From Ophelia neglecta (Eukaryota), in contig OZ260661.1 in assembly GCA_965285935.1 (NCBI GenBank), forward strand, positions 135,408,001-135,472,000: a DNA stretch of 64,000 bases, read 5' to 3'. A program made the position numbers and the translations under genes. The notes beneath the pieces are model-generated. The model was not told the DNA's origin. It did no database searches and saw nothing but the letters and a program-made list of their open reading frames with translations. Below, piece after piece: positions 1 to 14,623 of this stretch. Numbering within the stretch: the stretch's first letter is position 1; every line of letters begins with the position of its first letter.

Positions 1-162
1 ATAGGTTGGAAATTGCTTTAAATATTGCTATTAATGAATTCTTTTTTATCTTGACATTGTAATATGCTGACGTTTTATTGCACAGTTGAATTTCGTATGG
101 CATAGTCAATGCTATCAAGTGGGTGATGCGTGAATAATCTCGTAGCACTTGCATCAGACATG

Positions 163-1546
163 TTATTTCGACTTGTTCACGTTAGGGCCGTACGTAGTAT
201 TTTCAACCATAACGGTTGCGTCATGGTCGTCATCGCTTGTTTCATCATGGTCTTGGGTGGAGATAGTCCCCCTTTTTTTGTAGGGCACTCACTTCATCAT
301 CGATGTATAAATTAAGACTGTGACCACTCTTCCTTGATATTGACTCACTTGATAGCCCTTCATATTGTGGACTGATTCTTCCTGTATGATCATTTGCGGC
401 TGGTTTTCCAGTGACAGAGTCGTTTCGTTTGTACGAAATGTGGCCCCCGGATCTCTTGAGTTGCTTGCAGAAATGACGTCATTGATCTCGGCTTCATGTT
501 GCGCTTCTCTTCGGTCAATTGCAGGACTTTGTGTACTTTTGGATGCCTTTCTTCCAGTGAAAAAAAAAGCTTGTTCAAGTAATCGTTTGAGCTATGATCA
601 AACGCGGAGGTGCAGAGGCTTTGCGGAGGCTGAGGTCATGGATATTTCTGAGTTTAAGCATAAATAAGTCAGCAAGGCTAGAATTAGAACTGAGGGTTGA
701 AATTAGGATTAGTGGATGGAGTTTGGGACCGGTTTAATAAGTCTAGTGCTCTGTTTTAATTTCAAGATTTACCTCCGCACAGCTCCGAGCCTCCGCTTTT
801 AATTAAAAGCCAGCATTTGGCCTTAACTGCATGAATACAAACCACCACGGTTAGACCATAATGAAGTCTTTACATATAACCCTTAAATATGTGAATTACA
901 TACCGACGGCGCCTTATAAAAATAACAATGAGAACCCCGCCTATAACCAGTAAAACGAAACACACGGTCCCTACTCCGATTGCAAGTATTAATATTTGAC
1001 CTGAACATTTAAAATAATCGGACAATTTCTTTTATATTCACACGCACAAGATTAGTATCATGATTATCATGTTCTAATTTTTCAAGAAGTAATACCTCTT
1101 TCACAAATGTAGTATAGTGGCCGAATTCGTTGGCAACGAGATACGTTCAAACATAAAATCATAGCAATACACTGAATTGATACACCGGCAAAGCGGTTGG
1201 TGTGTCCATGCCATCAAGGGGTTCTCAAAAACAATCCGGCCATACTGGCTCAGCAATGATGGAATGCCGGAATTTGTGTCGTCGTCTAAAAGTTCAATCC
1301 AAACTTCACACTTGTTCAGAATATTCTTTGTACACGTGTTCGCAGTATTGATTCTAGGACTGTAAATAGTCAATGTGCCAAATTAAAAACATAAACATAG
1401 CATTACGATATGTACATGCAAGATATAATATTGATTGGCGTTGTTAACTGGAACTATGTATATGCCGTTCTCCATGACTTCTCCATGACCAGAAGCGATA
1501 TAATCCAATATATTGATCTCGGATAAATAACAAATATTTATCTCGG
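163..1546 (-). pseudogene. CLR0: decayed C-type lectin transmembrane receptor paralog
   Basis: Intact TM exon 1000-904 (GQILILAIGVGTVCFVLLVIGGVLIVIFIRRRR; AG/GT sites, same phases as paralogs). Frameshifted CTLD-b exon 1359-1096 (..NKCEVWIEL.., and ..YYICERG| in another frame). Possible CTLD-a remnant ~1546-1416 (NICYLSE..). Tail ~550-163 is split across three frames (YEGL, DYLHP, TVMVENTTY, stop 163-165). No signal exon identified. Confidence 0.7.
591..810. mobile_element. Degenerate MITE-like element in a CLR0 intron
   Basis: Imperfect terminal inverted repeats: gcggaggtgcagaggctttgcggagg (~604-629) versus cctccgcacagctccgagcctccgc (~771-797). Confidence 0.45.
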
Positions 1547-3279
1547 CTACAATATAATGTAATGCCAACAAAACAGGGTTGTGTGAAGCACGAAAGCGCT
1601 TAACCTATATACGATCAATTGTAATGAAAAAATAACTGGATAATATATATATAAATATATACTCTTTGTTGTCAGTGATAGCTATTTATTGGCAGACCTT
1701 CACTTGTATCAAGCAGATTGTCAGTTTGTAATATTTTTTGTTAGGTAGTTGCATAAACAAATGCGTTGAAAGGATATTGATTACGGATTACATTGTAAGT
1801 TCCATCACGAAAAATTCATCATATGTAAATTGCATCTATTTATGTAGAAAATTGCAATTTGCGCGTAACCAAGGAGGGAACAGCCTCGCATACTGTTGCG
1901 TTGTTCTACAGAATGATATGTTAGTTGTAGGAAACACCATTATGATCGTTCTGCCTCGTAGGCTGCTTTTCTTGATTAGGTGTACAGATCTCCAGTGGAA
2001 ATATCAGAAACTTAAGTGGGTCTTTCTTCTCTGCTTCTCCTTATTCTCTGCTTAATCGGAATTAAACAAAAATCGCCTTCCTTTGTAGCAGAGCCGACCA
2101 TTGTCTAAAATGAAAAAAAGTCAATAGCGATGATATTATCACATTCTCTTTGCTAGTCATGTGATGGTCGTTGAAATAAGTTACAGTCGAAGTCGTCCCA
2201 GGTTTTTCACATATACTCACATAATCCTTTTGTTTACTTCAGGACTCCTGGCCTATATAAAAACTTCTGCCTGATTTTAAATGGAGACACGTAGCCCTGG
2301 TGTCTTATTACTGACCCCGGAATACGTAATATGCAGGTAAAACAGGCATTTTTTCAAATTAACTGATAAATATTCCACGAATTTATTTAAATATAACATT
2401 TGAAATACGATCGACGAATCTCCTTTAGATTGCTAGCGCTTGGGTGCTAGTTACCAATGTTTTAACGCCCAAGCAGTAAAAGACTGCAATGAATTCGAGT
2501 GATCAATTCCCCTAATCTTAGGGGGCATGTGAATCTGCTTCACACTGATATAACAACATATGGTGCAGACATAAGTGTTCAGTCATAATATAAGCGTGAT
2601 TGGTTCAGTTTAATTAATTTACAACTTACATCACTGTCTAGGACATTTATTACCCTTTCATATTCAATGTACAATGACCTTTTACACCCTTATCTTGCGT
2701 TAATCGGAGGTTGAGGTTTTTCCTTACAATTGTCCCGACGAGCTGCTCATTCACCATTATTGGTTGGCCTTTTTTTAAAAATGGACCATTATCCATTAAA
2801 GCCAGATCCAGCCGTTTGGTTAATCAATAACCCTCCAATCCAAACACCACTTTTTGTCGGGTCAATCTAGTTAATCGCCTAAAACAAAGAAAATCTCAGA
2901 AAAATCATCTAAACTTAACGCGAAAAGGGAGTGGTTGCCCGGCTAATATCATAACTCAAGACATTGGCCTTTGTCGCCCTAGGTTGTAGCGAATTTTATT
3001 TTAGTTTCCAGTTTGGCCTAGGCGCAGTTTATCATAGACTTCTTAGTATGAACTATAATACGTTATACGTTAATATCCATATTTCAAAATAATTAGTAAG
3101 AAATTAGATCCAATTTGGGCTCATTACGGGTGAGGAAAATGTGCCTTAAGTACGTGTGTGTTGTGTTGGTGTTGTGTGTGCAAGTGTATATACTCCCGGT
3201 CCGTGGGATGGGGCCCGGCGTCTCGATCCAGCCTGGACACTGGGCAGTACTGTCAGCCAGAGTCCACTCTCGGCGGCCT

Positions 3280-3351
3280 GCAGTAGGAAACAGGCTCGGT
3301 TAAAGTCACAGTTAATGAGCTGTGACTTTAACCGAGCCTGTTTCCTACTGC
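3280..3351. repeat. Perfect 32-bp inverted repeat (hairpin) with 8-nt loop
   Basis: gcagtaggaaacaggctcggttaaagtcacag - ttaatgag - ctgtgactttaaccgagcctgtttcctactgc. Confidence 0.9.
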
Positions 3352-6082
3352 GGGCAGGACTAGGCCCAGCTAGGTTACTTCAGTTGGCGTGTTGGCTTCA
3401 GCCGAAAAACAGTTCCCATGCAAAAATTGTCATCCCAACCACCATCACCAGAGTAATGTCTTTTCTCAGTATATGTACTAGTTCTGTCATTGTTAGATCG
3501 TAAGTTTATGACTTCGGGGTGTGGGTAGGCTGAGTTGTATATGTAGTGGTAAACATTCATCGTAATATACTAATCATGTTGTGATTTACGCATATTAAAT
3601 ATTTTAGATAGTAAGCACCAAACGTTGGAGTCCGCTCTTGGTTATTTCTCCTTTTAAAAGCCTTTTAATGCGATTGAAATAATGGACGAAAAAGTAATGA
3701 TAACTGATAAGCATCATACAAATATGGTAATACGACAAAATAAACCAATTAGATCGGAGTACAGATTAAAAAAAACATGTTATTATCGTAGTCAGCCACA
3801 TGTCCATGGGAATACCAGCGCGCTTATCCTAGTTCGTGGATTGTTCACCTTTCTTTGGTTATTGTATGAAGCCTGAAAAAAGTACCACGTACCAACGCTT
3901 TACGTCACCTTTACCGATCCACGTTGGGTTGTGGATGATATAAGAACGAACTCATCTAGCAGTTTGTCGAAAACAAAATATATTTATAGAATAACATTTG
4001 AGGGCAAAGAGCAGATGGACGAGAGTCCCCTGTCCCCTGGTTGGTATACCCCGTGGAATATATTTACTAGATAAATTCCCCGTAAAAGCTACAGCCCACA
4101 CGTCATCGACAGGGCAGCAAATCGAGAAATAACAAATCAGGGAACGTGAAGGGCTCAGTTAATAACTATATGTATTTTAAGGAACTGAACAGGTCAAAAA
4201 ATATAATTATAGTGTTAACTTAATTTGTGGAATGTATACTCTAACACATAATGTATACTCTAAATATTTGCTTGATACACTGAAAAAAGAGTTTCGAGTG
4301 GGCGCGGTACGGTAGAATACAAACCAAATAATGTCAGGAGCTCAGTTAATTTATACAATGACTGGTACGTGCTGCAAAATCACGTAAGGCAAACTTAATT
4401 AAAATGTTTGCCTGAAAGATATAATCCATTTGTGAGTTCCTCTAGATATGATATCGATATTAGCGCCACATTGGAATGTCGTTACAAGTTGATCTATACG
4501 CACTTCTATAGCAATAAGTTATGAAGAGACCTAACGAATAACCTGCAATGCACCTCGGATTATGCACTTAAGCAAAGATTTAAGGAAAACTACATGCGGC
4601 TATTAAAGCAAGGCACTTAAGGTCTTAAGTATGGAGCCGCACGACCTGATGATATTTGTACCAATGTAATTATTAGTATCTGTCTCGAATATATCCAGGA
4701 ACCCAGTTGAGAAATGTTTTCCAATGGCGCAGTTCTTGGATTTAACTGACATTGAATGAAAGGTGGCTACATACATGTATTGCATAAATCATGTTTAGGT
4801 AATAGGGATCCCTTATGTTCAAACTATTTCCTCACAAACCTCTTTTTTCTTAACAAAACTAGTTACTTTTTAGAGACGTACTATTAGATAAGCGCCTCCG
4901 AAACCAGATCAGCATTTTCCAGTCCCTTGGATGGTCTTAATGCGCAGGTTTCACCGCGCCCCCAACCTTGCCTGCAACATTACCTGGAAAGCCCAATGTT
5001 CATACTACCCCCTTCTCCCACCACACTTTCTACCAAATTTGTCCATCTTTTCTATCACCTCCCCCTCCCCTTATCTCACTTTTTTTAAGTCGCTTTTAAA
5101 CTAACATATTTATTATGCCTCCTCTCTCGCACTTTAGCCCCCCCCCCCATGGCCGTGCTTCCGGTTAAATACTTGACAGGTGTACATGGAGTAATTAACG
5201 ATTGCCATTAGTGAGTGTAGGTGCACTTTTGGCGGTAACTAATTCGGGGACTATTCCCTAGGCAGCAAGGCCCCAATTGTAGAGTACGTGATTTTTCCAA
5301 AACAAAGGAAAAAAGTCGGGAACATAGCATTATAATTGATGTCGGGTTCTGGCAAATCATAAACCGTGTCTCATATTAGGTATATGATAAAACATATAAA
5401 GCATTTATTAGCATTTTACAAGTAAGACACATGAAAGATGAATGTTACAATATCATGTGTTTTCATTAGAGTCACTGCTGATAGTTGATAAAATTCTTTT
5501 TCGGACTTCATTTTTTACAATATATCTTCATAGGCTGAACAAGGAATTCGGGTCGAGTGAGCCGTAATGCTGCTTCATAATTGACTTTTGATAAAAGATA
5601 ACACAAGCTTTTGCCTAAGTCTAGTGTATACAAGGCACTCCATGATAAAGTGGGATTCAGTTCCTACTCTTTTGCCTTCTCACACAGGACAACTTTCTTG
5701 ACACCATTTCCAAGGTGTAATAACCACCTTTTTCTATCATCAGCCCATGTGGTGAATATCAAAATAATGACAGAGCTCTAATGGTATTTGCCAGCATTGA
5801 TAATGAATAGATATCATTTACAGTCCAAGAGTGTGAATTTAGCACACATTTTTTACTTTGAACTGCTATTCACGACTTCTTGCCAATTTTGATAAGCACA
5901 TCAAGCTTAAATTGACTGAGAAAAAAACAAATTCTATTCAATACCATGCAATACCAGATAAAAAAAATCCACACAAACTGGTGCATGAAAATATGAAGTG
6001 TAATTATATCTCTAAGGTTAAATATAGTTATCTGTTTAGCACTGTTGATGATGCTGAAATGACTCCAATGTTTTCCATTCCA

Positions 6083-9000
6083 TCAATAAAGATGATGCGG
6101 CTTAAATTCCCTATTGGTCTGACCGTCAGGTTCTTCATCATCGTCATAAACACCGTTCGTATTGCCCTTATTGGCTAATGCATCTTTACGTTTGAACTTG
6201 TTCATTACTTTGAACCAAATTTTGGGGTGCCTTTGTCTTGATGCATAACTGTATTCTATGTCACTGTTTTCATTGTTTTGCTCCGTTTCCACTGGTTTTA
6301 CACGTGGAATATTCACGTAGTCTGCGCTATGTTGTATACGTTCCGCTGGTTTTTGTTGTCGGGTATTGACATAGCCAGCATTATGGTTACTGACTGGGGT
6401 GATTTCAATAGGTTGTGGACTAGCTGTATTGACGTAGCTTTCCTGTATAAAGCCACCCCAACTTTGAGCGACTTCCTGTGAATACACCGGGAAGTCGTCT
6501 GGAGTTGATCTACTCATGGTGCTAATTTGACCGAGAGCCAGAGCATCATTAATAACTTTATCTGCTGCTTGCTTGGCTTTCCTGAAAATAATTGAACAGT
6601 TTAACTGTCAAACTTTAGACAAATTGAACTATTTTTTATAATTAGGAAATAAACAGGCCCACGTATACCCTCCATTTTTTAAAATTACTACTCTCATAGC
6701 TTACATGAATTCAATGGTGTAGACGATATAGTTGAAACACAATTGATGATAAAATTAAAAAAGCAATAAAATTCTAACCTAAAGTGAGATTACTCTTCGA
6801 TAAGCGTTTCGTTTTTTGTAAAATCCAAAAAAATGAAAATAAATATGTTTAAACCAAGATTCTAACCTTTTTCTCCATATTACCACAACTAAAACAATAA
6901 TGGCGGCTGTGAAAAGTAAGGCCAGCGACACTCCGACAGCGATGTATGTCGTGCCTACAACAAGACAAACTAAGAAGTAAATAGCACATTTGTTATTTGA
7001 TAACTGCTTAATGAGTGAATCAAGCTCAATGAAGCTAGTTATTGGTTATCAATCAGCCAGATTTTTTGGCTGTTACCCAAAGTAATAAGAAAAGTTGTGA
7101 TTTATAAGAACACTGGAAAAACGAGAAGGAATTAAGATCATATCCTTTGTCTTGACCGACCCCTTCCGCATCCCCAAATCCAAAAATCAAGTAAACATCG
7201 CTTAGATTATAAAGCTGAATTCGGATTAATATATTGTATATAAAAGCCTATAGGAGTACAATGGGATGTCATTTACTTACCATTATTTTGACCGCCAGTG
7301 TTTGCCAACGTTGTTATAGTTTGCGTCGAACTAGGGACTAGTGTTGTTGGATATGTATTGGGACCTAAAACATATATTGCACATAACTGGTTGTAAACTA
7401 TTATATATTCTTAAAACAAAAGATGTGAGTTGTTGCAAGTAATATAAACGATTTGGCATCACATCGTGGGGAAAAGAAGATGAATGCTACCATGTTTCCT
7501 AACCCCTCGACCTCCAAGAAAATGCGCTATTATTTCGTTGAAAAAGAAAAAAACATGACGACTGAATATACCACAAAGTTAATACCAAAATGTCAATCAG
7601 ATGGCTTTTTATGCCAACCATACAAAACATACTCTAATAAACGAATGTAACGACCCTTACGGGCATTTACATGTGAAGTTAAAGGGCACTACAGTTGTGA
7701 CAGAAAAAATCATACGTAGTTATCTTGCTTACCACTATAGGGAGGTCTCGTGCTTTCCACCGAGGTACTTCTAGTAGTTTTTTTGCTAGTCGAATATGGA
7801 GGAACTATGCTCCGTAACGGGGTCTGCGAGGGTTGTGTGGAGACAAATTCTGGTGTTGTAAACCGGTTTATGGTTCGTCTGGGGGGATTGGTAACTATCC
7901 TTGACGTTGGACGGACAACTGTGTAAATAATACATGACAAATGATTGTATTATTATTTTGAGGTAACATAGAACATATATATAAGTATTATATCAAAAAT
8001 TTAGTTTTTATACAAAATCAAGACTTATTTACAAACCAATCGAGAATTTATTGCATGTAGTATGGTAATGTTGACGGTATGATTTCTATTTACCGTTTTG
8101 TTCGCAAATATATCTCAAGCTCGTGCCGTGTGCCTGGCCATACCAAAATCCAGCTAATGACATGGCGACATGGCCGAGGTTTTGTCCCGGCTCGGGATGA
8201 TTTATACTGTCGCCATTGAACCAGTTCATCCAGGAGTATGCTGATCCATCTAGCCACTCATAGCCCTTCCGGCGTAATAAAACGTCTTCAGTAAAGACGA
8301 GATGATCCAGATTGGTCAGTCCTATCCAGAACATGTTCTCATTGGTACAGGATATGTCTCCCGAAGAACACACGGAAGGACTGAAATATTAATTTAAAAA
8401 ACCTTTGCTAACGTTAGCCATTAACAATAAGCATTGGAGAATAAAAAGTTGGGTAAGACGCTTTTCTATGACCTCACAATTCTCTTTTTCGAAGTGAATG
8501 TCAATCATATAAACACATAGCATATAATACCTTATTTTTTTTATAAGGGTGCACACTTAGATAAATGGCGTGTTGAATGGGGGGGGGGTTGCCCTAGAAA
8601 AATTATGTTATGGGCTGTTATAGGATGAAAAACTGTAAACATAACCAAAATTCTCGAGATATGACTATTGTGTATTACACTGTGTGTGGTTAATAGGAAT
8701 ACTTGGAGGAATTAGTTTCGCGTCTACCAACTCCATATTCCAATCCTTTTATAATATATATACTTACATTGCACCAATGATTTGGTTAGTTTCTTCATTG
8801 GACGTGACAGAAACCAGTCTTGCCCTAAGCTGTCCACACTGTGCCGAAGAATCGTCCCAGTCCCGGAGATCTTCCCTCTCGGATATAAAATAACACCTGT
8901 TATTGCTATACATCCACAGCCCTGACGAGGGACATTGGCCCCACACACCTGCACACGAAGAAGATAACACGTCTCATTATAAGATACTTGTTCAACCCCA

Positions 9001-9838
9001 AGGCTAATGTCTTATTATAAAATATACATTTACTTTAGTAACTCTAATAAACTCAATTCAAAAAGGGTTGGAATGTCTAAAATATTATAATTATCGTAGA
9101 AACATTCTGTTTTAAAGCACTCTCCGAAGGACGCAAACATCTATACATAATTTATCATTTTTAATGTATACTGTATAGATAAGTTTAAACTTTAAATGCA
9201 TATTCATAAATAGATAATTAAATTATATTAAATTGAATACTCTGGAAAGACCGGCCTACATTGCAGGTAGTATGTGAGGCTTGCCTGCCGAATATTGGAC
9301 TTTTCCCCGGTTCTTTGTCTTTAATTGAGTAATATCCATAATTACTTATGAAATTGTAAATACAAACAAATCCTGGAATATTTCACACTTATATGTGTAC
9401 GAGTTCAGTGCAACCCCGCCACGTAGAGAATTGTATATATGTGTCTTAGACTGTTGATTCGTTACATGCCCGGCAAACCTTAACAAGGAGTCAAGGCACT
9501 TTGGAATCACGTGCAACCGAAAAAGTGTAACTGACATTTAGATTACATTGGCCGATACTTCAGTATTATAGACTATGTCATATATGCAGCAAGTGGTTTC
9601 TACTCCGCCAGACCTCTGCCTTCGAAAAGCCGAAAACAAGCAGCTTAACAACATCCTTAGGCGCAATGCCCGATACCAAGAACAACTACCTTAAGTGTCC
9701 AGCTAATGTAGGCACAAGCACCATTACTAATGTATACATTTTCATCGAGTTCATTATGTAAATACATCCAATAATGTATTATAGCATACCTGATAATACT
9801 GCTGCACATATGAACACCGCCCCTGTCCTGTCTAGCAT
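6083..9838 (-). CDS. CLR1: type I membrane C-type lectin domain receptor (~457 aa, 7 exons) with a tail carrying three YVN motifs
   Basis: Exons 9838-9790 (signal MLDRTGAVFICAAVLSG), 8948-8768 and 8380-8094 (CTLD: CYFISE..WIGL..WLDGS..RYICE), 7918-7733 and 7364-7281 (S/T/P stalk), 6954-6867 (TM YIAVGVSLALLFTAAIIVLVVVIW-RKR), 6581-6083 (tail). All GT-AG; 1374 nt open frame. Confidence 0.88.
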
Positions 9839-10784
9839 GTTATACTAGAACATGTGTTTTCTATATTATTTCCGGTATTACTTTGCAGGCATCAGCTCTC
9901 AAGATCATCAAGAGAGAGTATCGGCAAGCATCTTAATGTATATGTTAAATTGTGTACATACAGGAAAGACGGAAGCATAAATAAAACAAATTTCACATCA
10001 CGACTTCCCAGGGTTAAGTCTACTTCTCATGCTGTTTTATATTGTAAGCTTCGGTGAACACACCCGACCATCGTCAATGGTTTGCCTCCACGGTGACTGT
10101 ATACAAATGTTAAGGCAGCATATCTATTTACATTACTGCACGTTATATGCACTGGGTTTTTACAGTTAAGGGTTTCATTCATTTTTATACGTGCAGGCAT
10201 TGATGAAAAAACGACTGATTTCCCATGTTAAATCTATTGTAAATCTATAAATCTGACATAAAACATAAGAAGTTCATTTAGATTTTTACCAGATATCCTT
10301 AAAGTGTCGGGCACAGGTGTAACATCGACGATTAACGACGAAAAGCAATGACGGGGATGAGCGCCAGACAGTTATGATGGTCACACCGGAAAGAGCAGCA
10401 ACATAACCACTTAATCACAAAGGACAATATATATATATAGATGTTAATATAAATAAACAAAAAGCACAACCAATGTTTTCATTACGCATTCTTGAATATT
10501 TCATACGACTTATAAAAACACCCGCACGTCAAAATAATTATAAAAAAAAATTGTGTCGTGCTTTACAGCCCGGTCAACTTTATTAAAAGCAGTTTAGTCT
10601 TAAAACTTTGCGTGTCTCGGGTCTATTTAAGGCTATCAAACATCGGCCAAACACGAAGTTTTTGTATTACTGCGAACAACAATTGTGTTCGTCATTAAAA
10701 TAATTCAAAATAAAGCAGAAAGTTTGGAACTCTTTGTGATATATAATATTCTAAGAATTATTGTGGTAAAATATAGAACACAGG

Positions 10785-11000
10785 GCATAGTTTCTGGAAT
10801 CGATATTGACTCTTAAAGTAATTAATCGGTGTTAACTTGCTTATTGAGGATTCTCAAAGGTGTGTTCGGTCTTAAACCGTGCAACTTTTTTTCGTAAACA
10901 TAAACCTTGTCCATGGAAACACGGATTATCTTGGTTTAAGGTTATTAGTCATAGGTTAATCTAGTCCCAAAACTTTAGACCGCTTCCAGGAACCGGGTCC
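10785..11000. mobile_element. Short degenerate non-autonomous TIR element (same family as 31955-32177)
   Basis: Ends gtttctggaa.. / ..gaccgcttccaggaaccgggtc, and internal words (ggtcttaaa, tggaaacac, taatcta) shared with the copy at ~31955-32177. Confidence 0.4.
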
Positions 11001-12192
11001 AAGGGTTATTCTTTTTTAGTTTACATCCTTTATTTGACACTTTATGCAATTATCTTGCTTATAAATTTGTCAGTTTCTGCTGTTATTCCTATAGTATGTT
11101 GCTAAGATGTGACTTGGTGCATACGGCTGGCTCGCTGATATGCGAGGCATACTTTAAGCCTTGGTTCGTTGAGACGCCCTTCACTTCTGCATACTCTGCG
11201 CATTGAATTGTCATTGTTATGTTTGCAAGGCCATATAAGCTTGACCCAAGTTATATCGAGTTATTTTAATCTCTTTGTTGTCAGGTTTATTCTAAAGCTT
11301 TCATAGTAGAATGGGAAAAACTAGGAAATGTCGTTCAGTAAACAGTATAGGTACTATTTATCGCTGCCTGATTTGCGGTGAGGTTGAAAAGGAAGAGCTT
11401 AACGCCACTGTGATCTATAGAAAATCGGTTTATCGTAAAAACCTTTGCATAATTTGCATTATATCCAAGAATGCACACCCATTTTTAAAATATGGGGATC
11501 CGTGCTTCGGTGGCGTTTACCAAAAGCTTGTGGCTTATATCAAGGAAAGCACGGAGCCTCGTGCTTAAACTATGACTTAAAGTACGGTAAATTCTGCCTG
11601 ATGATTGGTCAATCACTCAAAGGTGTGTTCTAATATTCAATATCAGTACCATTACCTTGGTTTGATAATTATGCAGACTAGAAAACATATTGATGGCAGG
11701 GCAATATTAACGACAAATGTGTATTTATTTTCTTGCAAAACAGGGATATCTTACGGCTACCTTTAATCACTATGACCCATACTAAACATGTTAAAACAAG
11801 GTATCATGTTTATGTGTTAATTAAGCTTTTCATTACAGCGTATCATGTATGTGTGCCAAGTCCTTAAGAAACAACACATCCTTATATATGCAACCCCTTT
11901 CATTAAAATTGAGTATTATATGTACTATAAGGATATTTAATTCAAACGAATCTTATTCTTACAATGGTCCAAATACGTTTTTAAACGTACTTGCACAATT
12001 CTGAACATACACATTAAGAACTGAGCATGACATCACCTGGCCGCTATATCTGAATCATTTGTATGTACAATGCAACGAACGGCTCAAACACTGTAGTATG
12101 CTCTTATATTAATCGTCAGCGTATTATGGCTCATCACATTTATTCTCGAATAATTATAGATCCCTAGAAAAATAAAGGGAAAAGACGCAATT

Positions 12193-14623
12193 CTAGCTTG
12201 TCATATATAAGGTGTTTTCCACAACAGTTGTTTCCTCGTCATCGTTCTCACACTGTTCAGCTGGCATTTCCGTGAGCACTGCGTATACGTGGCTTTCTGA
12301 TTCCAGTTCAGCGGTGCTTCCATTGGGATGATTTATATATGTGTTATCGGTAATTGGAGATAGGCCATTGCCAACAGTAGCATAGGCTGTCTCAGCACCC
12401 TGTGAAGGCGCTATTGGCCCAATCACGTTTTGATAGTACACTGCGTCACCCTCCATATGTCCACGTATTGTTTCATCACAATAAATTGGGTTGTTGCCAG
12501 CTGTATCTTGATGGTAAATGTTTTCTGTCGTTCCTGTTGGCTTGAGGTTTGAGCTACACAGTGAACATCTGAAGAAACAATAATTCACGTGATCATGGCA
12601 TATCATCATTGATTTTGGGAAATGTATATCCATATACCTAATTTATCATGTAATGGTTATCGTTATAGGTAAATTATTATATAAGATCTCATTTATTTAG
12701 CTACCACACTTCACCATATCTTACCTTCGTCTTATGATTAACACTGCTACTATGACGGCTGATCCTAGAACAAACAAACTTGCAACACCGACACCTATGC
12801 CAATGTTTCTTCCTACGACAAAAATGCCAAGACGATTTAGTTAGTTTCAACTTATTTGGAAATTGATTGCTATATATCAATACTGTTCTTCTAGGGGATT
12901 AATATTCGCTTCCACTGGGTTTGATATGATACTATACGTCATATAGGCGTCTAATCACCTGAATCTGCCATCGTCATGGGTTCGGTATTGTTTAGACCGA
13001 CGGTGTACACTGTGGATCGCATGGCAATATATTCAGTAGTAAATGACAATGTGGTTGGCTCTGCAGCACCAGACATCTGACTTGTTGCGTTGCCCTCAGT
13101 AATTAAACGAGCTGGATGAAATAAATAGTGAGGTGTAATATTTGCACTTTATTGGTAAATCTCTGAACCTTTAAGTACATTAGATTTACATCAAGAAAAT
13201 TGACATGCAGCAAGCCACACATTAGCTTACCCGGTTTTTCACATATAGAGGGGCGCTGATCGTTTCGCTTTCTGCTATACCAATATCCGGTTGTACCTCC
13301 CATTGAGGCGTAACATTCCGAACGATCCGGTTCGGTGAATGCGTTATCATTACGCCAGTTATACCAGGTATAAGTTGTTCCGTCTAACCATGTCCAACCT
13401 GTCTTCCTGTGCCGTCACTGCCAGCTATGGCATGACCGGTTACTTATGAGTCCAATCCAAAGGACCGACGAAAGGTCATTCCTTACAATTACAAATGCAA
13501 GTATTGATATATGATCCGTTTGTACACAATATATTATATATGATATATGATATATATATATATATATATATATCTAGATTATAGCATTTACAAAAATTGT
13601 CAAGGCTTAGAGCCAAAATATTCCATAACCTTAAAGTAATACATAGGGCATCACAGGCATCATATGATTTAAGTTTATGACCCCCCCACCCCCCCATAAT
13701 TAATAAAACAAATTGGATGACAGTGAAATTTTGCTTGACCTGCAAAGCCGTGCTTAATGTTTTATGGTATACAACTACTTTCCCCAATTGAGGCAGATAT
13801 CCGAAAGCTGTGAAAGCTGAACAGTTGAAACTTGCTAAGAATAATGGTGTTTATAAGTCATCATTTCTTCAAAAATTATGAATGTACATGGGTTTCCTGA
13901 CATGTCTCTCACTTACTTAAACCGGTAGAGAAGAAACACGTACTTTAAAACCACATTTGAGTTTCACAACGCCATTCCTACACACATAATTATATAATTG
14001 TAAATTGTTATATTTAAAAAAAATAGGAAAGTACAGCTGATCCAACAAGAAGGCAGTCTCGTCCATATTTCCCACTGAAACAAGTGTAGCATCCATAGAT
14101 AAACACGCTTGTTTAGCCAAGTCGAATGTTTTATTGTCCAAATCCACAAGGTAACAATGATGATTATAGAGCTTCCACCCATCATCACAGTGTTGTGTCA
14201 AACCTGCAAAGAAATTAATACAACACTCAGGTAGTCATTGCATGATTTATTTCGGTCGGGGAAAATGGCGAAACAAGGAGAGTGTACGAGTAAAATCCAC
14301 TTGAACTTTCCTAGTATTAATGGGTGACATGTGATGACCAAAAGGCAACATCTTATTAATTAAATGGACATGGGTCTGACGTAGCCGCAAACTGTGGCTG
14401 ACTTGATAGTTTCTATTCTATTGTAAGCTTATGTAAACTTGTAGTGTACATTCGCATACAAGTTAGTATAGTTCTATTTGACATGTGATTACACCCTACC
14501 AATGATCAAAATATTAATAGATGCTCCCATAGCTTTATACACCAGCATTCAAAATGGACACCTACCTAAATTGCTGACCATTAAAGCGACCATTATCAAA
14601 AACAGTATCAGTGATTCATACAT
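12193..14623 (-). pseudogene. CLR2: CTLD receptor with in-frame TGA in the lectin exon (pseudogene, or lectin-less ~224-aa isoform)
   Basis: Exons 14623-14566 (signal), 14203-14035 and 13481-13231 (CTLD, with TGA at 13417-13415 in ..SCHSWQ*RHRKTGWTWLDG..), 13111-12959 (stalk), 12812-12725 (TM), 12568-12193 (tail: NPIY, YQNV, TAYATV, VYAVL, VVENTLY). The rest of the frame is intact. Confidence 0.8.

Noticed and set aside
11311-11633. Cys-containing ORFs (CLICG..)
   Set aside because: No recognisable domain or supporting splice structure; cannot be supported.
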